In this document: in pieces, positions 1 through 11,000 of the stretch | Numbering within the stretch: position 1 is the stretch's first letter | Layout: every line of letters begins with the position of its first letter | Assembly: GCA_964511075.1 (NCBI GenBank) | Contig: CAZEDM010000004.1 | Location: 194,442-258,441 of the forward strand | Length of the DNA stretch: 64,000 nucleotides | Origin: an uncultured Ignavibacteria bacterium | GTDB lineage: Bacteria > Zixibacteria > MSB-5A5 > RBG-16-43-9 | Direction: 5' to 3' | Position numbers and translations under genes: made by a program | Notes under the pieces: model-generated | Databases searched by the model: none | The model's input: the letters and a program-made list of their open reading frames with translations, nothing else | What the model was told of the DNA's origin: nothing

Positions 1-1
1 G

Positions 2-2947
2 CAGACCAGCGAGCGTTTTGGCCCAGAGAACGTAGTTATGGGATGGCACCCGGATGGCAGGAAAATACTTTTCAGATCGCGAAAGGAGGCAAATGACTGG
101 TGGGATGGCAGGGTTTATCTGGTTGACGTCAAAGGCGGAATCCCTGAACCGCTTCCCCTGAGAACCGCAGGATTTACCAGTTTTTCCCCGGATGGCAAGA
201 AGGTAGCTTACTGCCCGATCTACAGGGACTTTCGCACTTGGAAAAGGTACAGGGGGGGAATGGCTCAGGATGTCTGGATCTTCGATTTAACCAGCCTCGA
301 GGCTGAGAAGGTCACTGACTGGGAGGGTACTGACAACATACCGATGTGGTACCACAATAAGATATATTTTAACTCCGACCGCACCGGCACCCTGAACCTC
401 TTCAGTTATGATTTGAGCACCAAGCGGACCCGTCAGGTTACCGATTTCACGGAATATGATGTCCGCTGGCCAAGCCTCGGTCCAGACGGCATCGCTTTTG
501 AAAACGGCGGATATATCTATATACTCGATTTGCCTTCGGAGACTCTCCAGAGAATAGAGGTACAGCTGGCAACTGACCGCCATACGGTCAGGGCAGAATA
601 CGTGAAAGTCTCAGATAAAATCCAAGAATTCGATATCTCCCCTGAAGGCAAAAGGGTCGCATTTAGTGCACGAGGAGAGATCTTCACTGTTCCAGCCAAA
701 GAAGGGAATACTCGAGACCTGACTAACAGCTCCGGTTCCAAGGAGATGTATCCCAGATGGTCTCCGGATGGTAAGTGGATAGCCTACGTCTCAGACAGAA
801 CCGGAGAGGAAGAGCTGTACCTAACCTCTCAGGATGGCAAGGAGGAAATCAGATTAACAACCGATGGCCACTGCCATCGTTATGAACCAGCCTGGTCTCC
901 GGATAGCAGAAAATTGGTTTTCTCGGATAAGGACCTTAATCTTTACTATGTGGATGTGGAGAATAAGAAACTCTTCCGGATCGACAGATCGACACGCAAT
1001 GAGATACGACAGTATTCCTGGTCTCCGGACAGCAAGTATTTAGCCTACTCCAAGAGGGGAGAAAACAGAATCTCAGCCATCTATGTTTACTCCTTGGAGG
1101 ATAAATATGTGCATCAGGTAACACTAGGCTTCACTAATGACTATTATCCGCTTTTCGATCCCGAAGGCAAATACCTCTATTTCCTTTCTGAAAGGAATTT
1201 CAATCCCATCCTTAGTCAGTACGAATTCGAATTCGTGAATCGGGGTATCACCAATCTCTATCTAATAATCCTATCGAAAGATGAGAAATCGCCCTTCGCA
1301 CCAAAGAGCGATGAGGTGCAGTTGAAAGACAAGAAGGAAAAGGAGCTGGAAGGAAGCAAAGGGGATGCTGATAAGGAGAAGAAACCGGTCGAGGTCAAAA
1401 TCGATTTTGATGGAATATACGAGAGAGAGGTTGCCTTTGACCTACCTGCGGGAGACCTGGGAGACATCTCAGCCATATCCGGAACAGTTTTCTATACCTT
1501 AAGTCCTATACGCGGCCTTAGGGGAAGTTTGGGAGAAAACCAGACGGACTTGCACAAGTACGACCTGAAGGAAAAGAAAGATTACGAGTTTGCCAGTGGT
1601 ATAGATGGTTACGTGATCTCCGCTCAGGGTAAGAAGATGGTTCTTAAAAAGAAGGATGATTACTTCCTCCTGGAAACCTCCGGAGAAAAAGCCGAATTCA
1701 AGGAGAATAAGCTGGATCTATCGAAGATGGAAATGCTCCTCGACCGAGAAGCTGAGTATAAGCAGATGTTTCAGGAGGTCTGGCGCATGCAGCGTGACTT
1801 TTTCTATGATGAGAACATGCATGGAGTGGATTGGCACAAGATGAAAGAGAGATATGAAGTACTCTTGCCCTATGTTTCCAGTCGTTTTGATCTAACCTAT
1901 CTCCTGGGCGAGATGGTTGGGGAGCTATGCTGTTCGCATACCTATGTCGGAGGAGGAGATCGGCCCCACATCCCCTCCAGTGGAATTGGCCTCCTGGGAG
2001 TTGATTTCGAGGTTGATGAAAAGAGTAACCTGATAAGGATATCTCGCATCCTCCAAGGTGAAAACTGGGATGAAGCTCTAAGGTCTCCACTTTTGGACCC
2101 GGGTATTAGTGTGAAGGCTGGAGATTACCTTCTGGCTATTAATGGAAAAGAGGTCACAGCGAAGGTGAACCCCTATTCGCTTACAGAGAACACTGTGGGT
2201 AATACCATCGAATTGACCATTAACAGTGAACCCACAATGAAAGGAGCCCGCAAGGTAACTGTAAAGCCAATACCATCAGAGGAGATGCTGCGTTATTATA
2301 ACTGGGTAGAGGAAAGACTGCATTATGTGGACTCACTATCCGGTGGCAGAATAGGTTATCTCCATTTACCTGATATGGGTAGCTTCGGACTGGTTCGCTT
2401 TGCAAAAATGTTCTATCATCAGATCCGCAAAGAAGGTCTTATCATCGATGTGCGCTATAATGGAGGAGGGTACGTCTCTGGGCTTATCCTGGAAAGACTC
2501 AGGAGAATAGTGGCAGCGATGGGAGCTTCGAGGACTTTCTCGGAAACCCCCATGCCCAGCGCCGGAATTCATGCGCACATGATAACTCTATTGAACGAGT
2601 TCTCCTGTTCCGATGGCGATTATTTTCCCTATTTCTTCAGCCAATACAAACTGGGTCCACTTCTCGGCAAAAGGTCCTGGGGAGGTGTCATAGGGATAAG
2701 AGGTTATCGGCCACTGGTTGACGGCGGTTATTTCACGGTTCCTGAGTTCAGCATCTATAATCTTGAAGGAAAGTGGGTAATGGAAAACATAGGCGTGGAA
2801 CCAGATATTGTGGTAGAGAACACTCCTAAAAGGTTAGCTTTGGGATACGACGACCAGCTTGATAGTGCGATTAAGTACCTGAGGCAGAAGATCGAGAAAG
2901 AGCCCATGATACTCCCGCCGAAGCCCGGACCACCTGCCCCGCGTTAG
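2..2947 (+). CDS. Tricorn-like protease (beta-propellers + PDZ + S41 peptidase), 5' end cut by window edge
   Basis: Frame is open from base 2 with no stop before the first ATG at 38. Repeated PD40/TolB-like blades are present (SPDGKKVAY, WSPDGKWIAYVSDRTG, WSPDSRKLVF, WSPDSKYLAY). The C-terminal part is S41-like (DVRYNGGGYVSG, SWGGVIGI). Confidence 0.85.
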   Translation, partial: QTSERFGPENVVMGWHPDGRKILFRSRKEANDWWDGRVYLVDVKGGIPEPLPLRTAGFTSFSPDGKKVAYCPIYRDFRTWKRYRGGMAQDVWIFDLTSLEAEKVTDWEGTDNIPMWYHNKIYFNSDRTGTLNLFSYDLSTKRTRQVTDFTEYDVRWPSLGPDGIAFENGGYIYILDLPSETLQRIEVQLATDRHTVRAEYVKVSDKIQEFDISPEGKRVAFSARGEIFTVPAKEGNTRDLTNSSGSKEMYPRWSPDGKWIAYVSDRTGEEELYLTSQDGKEEIRLTTDGHCHRYEPAWSPDSRKLVFSDKDLNLYYVDVENKKLFRIDRSTRNEIRQYSWSPDSKYLAYSKRGENRISAIYVYSLEDKYVHQVTLGFTNDYYPLFDPEGKYLYFLSERNFNPILSQYEFEFVNRGITNLYLIILSKDEKSPFAPKSDEVQLKDKKEKELEGSKGDADKEKKPVEVKIDFDGIYEREVAFDLPAGDLGDISAISGTVFYTLSPIRGLRGSLGENQTDLHKYDLKEKKDYEFASGIDGYVISAQGKKMVLKKKDDYFLLETSGEKAEFKENKLDLSKMEMLLDREAEYKQMFQEVWRMQRDFFYDENMHGVDWHKMKERYEVLLPYVSSRFDLTYLLGEMVGELCCSHTYVGGGDRPHIPSSGIGLLGVDFEVDEKSNLIRISRILQGENWDEALRSPLLDPGISVKAGDYLLAINGKEVTAKVNPYSLTENTVGNTIELTINSEPTMKGARKVTVKPIPSEEMLRYYNWVEERLHYVDSLSGGRIGYLHLPDMGSFGLVRFAKMFYHQIRKEGLIIDVRYNGGGYVSGLILERLRRIVAAMGASRTFSETPMPSAGIHAHMITLLNEFSCSDGDYFPYFFSQYKLGPLLGKRSWGGVIGIRGYRPLVDGGYFTVPEFSIYNLEGKWVMENIGVEPDIVVENTPKRLALGYDDQLDSAIKYLRQKIEKEPMILPPKPGPPAPR

Positions 2948-3087
2948 TTTCCCCAACTCCTTTTTGCTAACCCCACACCCAGTATCCTTTTGGAGCGGAG
3001 TGGAAAAAGCCTGATGCCAGGTTGATTCTATTACTGAATTTGGGTAATGAAACCTATGGTAGATTCTATCCTATTTACTTTTGACCT

Positions 3088-4473
3088 TTAAAAAAATTGT
3101 TTCCATTTCCTCTCCTCAGGCGCAGGGGTTAGATAGCTGACAATAACCAGGCATAAAAGGGATAATATCAGAGGCGGATAAACCGTGGGAACTCCCCAGG
3201 GATTGCCTAGAGCCTTCCACAGAATAGTAGTTATCATCCCAGCTCCGATGGAGGTAACTCCTCCGGCTGCAGTTGCCCTTTTCCAGAAAAAGGCTGCCAT
3301 AACCGCCGGGGTAATTCCTACCCCGTACACGGTATATGCGTAGATCGCCATCTCCAGGACCGTGGTGAAGAACCTCACCTGCACGAATGCGATTATACCA
3401 AGGAGTATCACCACTACGCGCGAGTAAAGCACTATCTTCCTCTGAGAGGCCTCGGGATTTATGAATCTCTGATAGATATCCCTGATGATGTTCGTGGAGG
3501 GAACCAGGAGGAAGGAATCGGCAGTGGAAATGATAATAGCGACGATAGCAGCCAACATTAGGCACCCGATGATCAAAGGTAACCCGAATCGAGCAGAGTA
3601 TAGCATCACCATCTCCGGCTCGATGCCGGTAAAAATGGCGCTGCCCACAATAGCCAAAATCACAATGGCTGTTTCCAGCGCTATAGTTCCAAAGACCCAT
3701 CCCAGCACTGCCCTTTTAGCGGTATTTTCATCCTTGGCTGAGAAAAATCTCTGATACATATTCGATTCGCCTAAAAGCAGAAGCATAGTAGGCAAGGAGT
3801 ACCCCAGGGCCTCAAAAAGGGACATATCCCCCAGGATCTGAAAGTGCTCCTTTGGCAGCGTATTAAGGATTGAGTTCCAACCACCGGCATTCTTTATAAG
3901 AAAGGGGAGCGCAAGACCTATTCCCAAAATCATCACGATCCCATTGAACACGTCAGTATAGGCAACGGAGATCATCCCAGCTAAAACCGTATATCCGATC
4001 ACAAACACAGCTGTTATGATTATTCCCTGATCCACAGATATCCCTGTCACAATATTCAGAACCATTCCTCCCGCTCTAAACTGATAACTGGCAATAGCAG
4101 TATAGGCAATTATGGTTGTAACGGCCCCCAGGACCCTGGCGTATTGGTTATATCTTGCCTCCAGTATATCCGGGACAGTGTATTGAGCAAATCTCCTGGC
4201 CCTGCCAGCCACCAGATAGAGAATCACAATTGCCACCCAGACTCCGGCGTCGAACCACAAAGCCGGAAAACCTCTTCTGTACGCCAATCCTGCTCCAGCG
4301 ATAATGCTTCCCGAACCGATCCAGGTGGCCAGGAGGGTTCCCACCAGGATCTTGGCTGAGAGCCTTCTGCCCGCCACCATAAAATCGGCTTGGGTCTTAA
4401 CCAGCCTGCTTCGATAAGCTCCAACTGCGGTTAGAAAAAGAAGATAGGCTAAAATGAACCAGAAGTATGTCAT
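3088..4473 (-). CDS. Sodium:solute symporter family (SSF) transporter
   Basis: 461 aa, hydrophobic throughout with about 13 TM segments. The N-terminus is SSF-like (DFMVAGRRLSAKILVGTLLATWIGSGSIIAGAGLAY). Confidence 0.85.
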   Translation of the reverse strand: MTYFWFILAYLLFLTAVGAYRSRLVKTQADFMVAGRRLSAKILVGTLLATWIGSGSIIAGAGLAYRRGFPALWFDAGVWVAIVILYLVAGRARRFAQYTVPDILEARYNQYARVLGAVTTIIAYTAIASYQFRAGGMVLNIVTGISVDQGIIITAVFVIGYTVLAGMISVAYTDVFNGIVMILGIGLALPFLIKNAGGWNSILNTLPKEHFQILGDMSLFEALGYSLPTMLLLLGESNMYQRFFSAKDENTAKRAVLGWVFGTIALETAIVILAIVGSAIFTGIEPEMVMLYSARFGLPLIIGCLMLAAIVAIIISTADSFLLVPSTNIIRDIYQRFINPEASQRKIVLYSRVVVILLGIIAFVQVRFFTTVLEMAIYAYTVYGVGITPAVMAAFFWKRATAAGGVTSIGAGMITTILWKALGNPWGVPTVYPPLILSLLCLVIVSYLTPAPEERKWKQFF

Positions 4474-5046
4474 CTGTAATAGCTCAGTTTAAACTGAGGA
4501 CATAAAAAATATTTAAGATAACGAAAAGCAAGGAGAAAGATCTCAATTGACCATTAAAACCTAAAAAAGTTTTTTGACGAATCAAAGGCAGGGTGAATTG
4601 CGACATGTAGTCATTAAAAACAATAGAAGTCTTTGGTTAACCATCAAGTACTAATAATTTAAGTACCTTGAAAAGTCAGTACGTCCCCTCCTGAACGAGT
4701 TTAGAACTTTTCTCGTCCAGAATCCCAGTTCGTCGTTATCAATATAGGGACTATTTGTATTCAGACAAGAAAAAAATCGCGCTTTGTTAGGAGTGAAGAA
4801 ATCTTAAAATAATTCTTGACAACGTTGAATAAATGTCCAATATGTATCATATAAACAGAATTATCTTGTGAAAAATAGGGTGGTCAGGAGGGTAATCAGA
4901 AAAGAATCGTTTCGCAAAAAATACTCAATCGGTTCTTCCTGGTAATGTGCACTAATTAAGAGGCAATCAATTATATATTATCAATTAATCATCCTTAGAA
5001 CATACGGATACCATTATACAGATAGACGATAATCACAAGAAATCAA

Positions 5047-8000
5047 ATGAACAAAGAGGCAGAAAATAAAAAAGAATCTTCTCAATTCCTAAAAATAGAT
5101 AGGGGTAAAACTAAATCCAATGCAATTGAAGTTCCATCTATCTCTTTACCCAAAGGCGGGGGTGCCATTAAAGGAATTGACGAGAAGTTCTCAGTGAATG
5201 CCGTAAATGGCACAGCTTCTTTCTCCATTCCTATTCCTTTTTCTCCTGCCCGGGGTGCTTCACCTCAATTAAGTTTAACGTATAATTCCGGTGCGGGGAA
5301 TGGCGTTTTTGGCTCGGGCTGGGACATAGGTTTACCATCCATTAAGCGTAAAACCGATAAAGAGCTTCCTAAATACTTAGATATTATTGATTCAGATACC
5401 TACCTTTTCTCAGAAGCAGAAGACCTTGTAGCCGAGTTTAGAAAAGAAGCTAACGGCACTTTTAGTAAAGATGCAGATGATAATTATATTATTAATGAGA
5501 AAGACTCTCCTGATGGTTTGTTCACCATTAGGTTCTACAAGCCCAGAATTGAAGGTTTATTTGCCCGGATTGAGAGATGGACTCATAAAACTACAGGTGA
5601 GATTAAATGGAGAGTTATCACCAAAGAAAATGTAACAACCTTATTTGGTTGGAGCGCCGCCTCAAGAATCTCCAACCCAAAAGATGCCAACAAAATATTT
5701 GAATGGCTGCCAGAATTCGTCTTCGATGACAAAGGTAATTGCTCCCAATATATTTACAAGAAAGAGGATGATGCAGGCTTTGACAACTCAGTTATACATA
5801 ATCGTAACCGCTTTGAGAATGGGAAGATCACCTATACCAATTTATATTTAGAAAAGGTTTTGTATGGTAATAAAACCCCATACAAAAATTTTAATGACCC
5901 CTTCCCTGCTGAAACAGATTACTTTTTCCAAACGATATTTGACTATGGTGAATACAACACAAATGCGCCTTACGATAAAATAAACACCTGGAACTTTAGA
6001 AAAGACGCCTTCTCAGAATATAAAGCGGGTTTTGAAATCCGCACTACCCGGTTGTGTAAAAGGATCTTAATTTTTCATTATTTCAATGAATTGCCTGGAG
6101 GTTCGGCTCTGGTAAAATCCTTAAATTTTGAATACGATACTTCAACAGAGAAATGTTTCACCTTCCTGAAATCCATTACCATATTTGGATATATTAAAAA
6201 GCCGGATGAAACATATTCGCATAAAAACCTCCCCCCCCTTGAATTTGAATATCAAGGGCATGACTGGAATAAAGATATAAAAACAATCGCTTCCGAAGAG
6301 TTGATACATGCCCCCATAGGCTTGGACGAATCTGAATATCTATTTACCGATTTATTCAATGAAGGTCTTTCAGGCATTCTGACAGAACAAGGCTGGGGTT
6401 GGTTTTACAAACATAATTTAGGCAATGGCAAATTTGAAGAGGCAAAATTAGTTTCACCCAAACCCTCCTTTGCTGGCGTTGGTTCACAGCTACAGTTGAT
6501 GGATTTAGATGCGGATGGATGTAAGCAGCTAGTAAATCTTAACAATGAACCCAAGGGTTACTTCGAGTTAAGCGACGAAGAGGAGTGGCAGGCTTACCGA
6601 ACTTTTGAAAATCTGCCTAACATCAATATGGGAGATACAAATTCCCGCATGCTTGATCTTAATGGGGATGGCAAACCAGAGGTCTTAATTACAGAAGAGG
6701 ATCATGTATTTACCTGGTACGAGTCGGCGGGGAGAAAAGGATTTGAAAGCGCTCACAAGACGGTAAAACATTTCGATGAAGAGGCCGGTCCACATATCGT
6801 ATTTGCCGACTCCAAACAAACGATTTTTCTGGCAGATATGTCAGGTGATGGTTTAACGGATATTGTTCGAATTCGCAACGGAGAAGTATGCTACTGGCCT
6901 AACCTAGGTTATGGAAAATTCGGGGAAAAAGTAACTATGGATAATGCCCCAATTTTTGACCATCCCGATTCATTTAATCCCTCTTATTTGAGATTGGCAG
7001 ACGTAGACGGCTCCGGCACAACCGACATCATTTATTTAGGGGAAAATAAGTTTACCTGCTGGACGAATTTAAGTGGAAATGTCTTCAGCACCACTCCCTT
7101 TGAAATAGAAGCCTTCCCTGAAATACATGATCGGGCAAGAGTCGTGGTTACCGATTTCCTCGGCAACGGTGTAGCCTGTATAGTTTGGTCAAGCCGGCTT
7201 TCGAAAGACGCCCCTGCACCTTTGCGGTACATCGACCTGATGAACAGCAAGAAACCGCACATCATGGTTTCTTACAAAAACAATCTCGGCAAAGAAGTTT
7301 CATTTGAATATACCCCCTCCACTAAATTTTACATTGAAGATAAGCTTGCAGGCAAAGCATGGGTTACCAAACTACATTTTCCTGTTCACTGCATCTCAAA
7401 AACCAAGACCAGAGACAGGATTTCGGGTTACCGTTTCGTCAGCTCTTACAAATATCATCACGGCTATTACGACCATGCTGAAAAAGAATTCAGAGGCTTT
7501 GGCATGGTGGAACAAACAGATACCGAGCATTTCGACCACTGGGTAAAAGGAAACGCCAACAATATTGTTGACCGGGAACTGCACCAGGAACCAGTAGTTA
7601 CCAAAAGCTGGTTTCATACCGGAGCATTCTTAAGCAGAGAAAATATACTCAACCAGTTCGCCCGTGAATACTGGTATGAAGAGATGGAAAGGCTGGGCTT
7701 TCCAGTAGTGAACCATGAAGTGCCATTACCCGATGCACGGCTTATCTCTGCCCCGGGATTAGACGCACCCATCATTGATCACCTCAGCGCACAGGAATGG
7801 CGGGAAGCCTTGAGGGCTTGCAAAAGTATGTCTTTACGCTCGGAAGTATTTGCCCATGATGCCCCATTATCTGGAGCAACCCCTGATCAAATTAAAAAAC
7901 AACTGACTCCCTTTTCCGTTGCCACGCATAATTGCATCATTGAACTATTGCAACCAAAAGGGCAAAACAAACACGCCATTTTTCTTGTAAAAGAAAGCGA

Positions 8001-11000
8001 AGCCATCACCTACAGCTACGAGAGGAATACAGAAGACCCCCGCATTGCCCATAATCTTAATATTAAATTGGATGAATATGGAAATGTATTAGAATCAGCC
8101 TCGGTGGTTTACTCGAGAATGATCGCTGATATATCTTTGCCCATAGAAACACAAGAAGCCCAGAGCAAAACGCTGATCACTTATGAACAGAATAAATTCA
8201 CTAGTAATGATATAGATACTGATAATGAATACCGCCTGAGACTGCCTTCAGAAGTAAAAACCTACGAACTGAAAGGTGTTTCAAAAACAACCCCTTTATA
8301 CACAGTGGGTGATTTTGGAAACATTTTATCTTCTGCTAATGATGTACCCTATCATCAAACAGAAGCCAATCCCACACCCGGAACTTCCCAAAAAAGATTA
8401 ATAGAGCACATGCGAAACGTCTATTATAAAAATGACCTCTCTGGCGCTTTAGCTTTACATCAATTAGAATCAAAGGGACTTCCTTTTGAAAGCTATCAGC
8501 TGGCTTACACGCCTGTACTTACTGACGATATTTTTGGCGCCAAGGTAAATACAGCCCTGATGCTGGAGGGTAAATTCACCCACAGCGAAGGCGATGATAA
8601 CTGGTGGATTGGTTCGGGCACAACGCAGTTCATAGAGGGAACAGAAACAGCAATCGATGCCCGAAATCGCTTTTATGTTCCCATTTCCTATACCGATCCC
8701 TATGGAGCTAAAACAAAGGTGAGGTATTATAAAGACTATTTCCTTTTTATTGAAGAAATAGAGGATGCCTTAGGCAATAGGTCAAAGGCAGAATCTTTTA
8801 ACCTCCGCACTCTTTCACCCCAGCGAATGAAAGATGCAAACAATAATCTCTCAGAAGCCATAACAGATGAATTAGGCTATGTGAAAGCAATGGCTGTTTT
8901 TGGGAAAGGAAATGAAGCAGATGACTTATCAGGGATAAATGAATATACTACTGCTGCTGAAAAAACTCAAATTATAAACTTTTTTAACGCCTCTGACTCT
9001 GTTCAATTAACTAACTTAGGGAAAAACTTGTTACAGCATGCCACAGCAAGATTTCTCTATGACTTTGAGGCATATAATGCTTCTGGAAAACCTGTGGTAG
9101 TCGCCTCCATTGTCCGGGAAGAGCATTTTCAGAAAAACAACAACTCGCCTATTCAGCTCAGCTTTGAATATTCCAACGGGCTTGGACAGGTAGTGATGAA
9201 AAAAGTGCAGGCGGAGCCCGGACTTGCCAACCAAGTGACAGTCAATCCTGATGACACCTATACCATTTCCGAAATTGACACCGCCACTCTCGTTCCAAAA
9301 CAGCTTCGCTGGATAGGAAACGGCAGAACGGTACTGAATAACAAAGGCAATGCCGTAAAACAATACGAACCGTATTTCTCCACAACGCCTAGATACGAAG
9401 ACCTGAAAGAATTGGTAGAAACAGGCGTTACGCCCATCATATATTACGATGCACTCGGACGTTTGATAAAAACTGAAATGCCAGATGGGACTTTGTCCCG
9501 TACAGAATTTGATTCGTGGAAGCAAGCCTTTTATGATCCTAATGATACCATCTTAGAATCTTCCTGGTACAACAACCGAACTAACCGCCTGATAGATGCC
9601 AAACTGATTGAAGCAGGCAAAGACCCCGGTAGAGAGAAATTAGCTGCCGATAAAGCCGCCAAACATGCCAATACGCCCAACGTCCAGCACTTTGACACTT
9701 TGGGCAGACCTGTCTTGTCCATTGATCATAATAAGAACCTGAGTACAGATGCAGATGAATTTTACCGTACCAAAGCAAAATTAGACATTGAAGGCAATCT
9801 GAGAAATGTGACCGATGCTCGTGGCAATGTGGTGATGCAATACAAATATGATATGCTGGGCAATAAAGTATATCAAAACAGTATGGATGCCGGACAGCGC
9901 TGGTTGCTGACCAATATCCTGGGCAACCCGCTGCGCACCTGGGACGAACGCAATCATGAGTTCCAATATTTCTATGACATCCTGCATCGTCCTACGCACA
10001 GCAAAGTGATAGGCGGCGATGGCGCAGCCCCTTTGGACAATGTCTTTGATAGAGTTTTTTACGGAGAAACAGCACCCAACCCTGAACCGAAAAACCTTAA
10101 AGGAAGGATTGTAAAACATTACGATACCGGCGGACTAATAGAAACACCTGAATACGACTTCAAAGGTCAGCCTTTATCAACTACCCGAAAATTATTTAAA
10201 AATTACAATTACAACAATGTAGCCAACTGGATAGATGCTAACTTAGTAAATGATTTAGAAACAGAGGAATTTACCTTCTTCACTGAAACGGATGCCCTCG
10301 GCAGAATTACCAAGCAAACCGCTCCGGATGGGAGTATCATTACACCTTCATATAACGAAGCCGGTTTGCTTAATGCTGAAATTGTAAAACATCCTCATCT
10401 TGCCAGCCCCTCTGCCTATATTAAAGATATCGATTACAACGAAAAAGGACAGCGCAATAAAATCATCTATGGAAACGGTGTCATCACCAAGTTTGATTAC
10501 GATAAAGAAACCTTCCGGCTTCTCCATTTAGAGACCAAAAGGCAAAACAACGATCCCTTGCAGGATTTGTATTATACCTATGATCCGGTAAGTAATATCA
10601 CTCACATAGAAGATAAAAATATTCCGGTCGCATTTTTTGATAACCAAAAAATCACCGGAGTTTCGACCAACACCTACGATGCCCTCTACCGTCTGGTGGA
10701 AGCCACAGGCAGAGAAAACAATTCTGCTTTGATTCTTGACAGCAAAGACAACTGGATCGATGCTGCTTTTATGCACAACATAAACCCTGGCGGCCCGATG
10801 GCTGTGCGGACCTATACACAAAGTTATCAATATGACGCCGTGGGCAACATCCTACAAATGCGGCATCAGGCAGCCGGGAACAACTGGACAAGAGATTACA
10901 ACTACCAGACAGCGAATAACCGATTAATCAGTACACAGGTTGGGGCCCATACCTACACCTACCCACATCACGCTCAACATGGTTTTATGAAAGCCATGCC

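Noticed and set aside
4816-4846. Sigma70-like promoter (TTGACA at 4816-4821) about 200 nt upstream of tcBC, and a similar TTGACA at 61811 upstream of the 677-aa gene
   Set aside because: The -35 boxes are perfect, but the candidate -10 hexamers at 17-19-nt spacing (AATATG/TATGTA; ATTATT) are poor. The promoter consensus of this lineage is also unknown, so this is not reportable as a feature.
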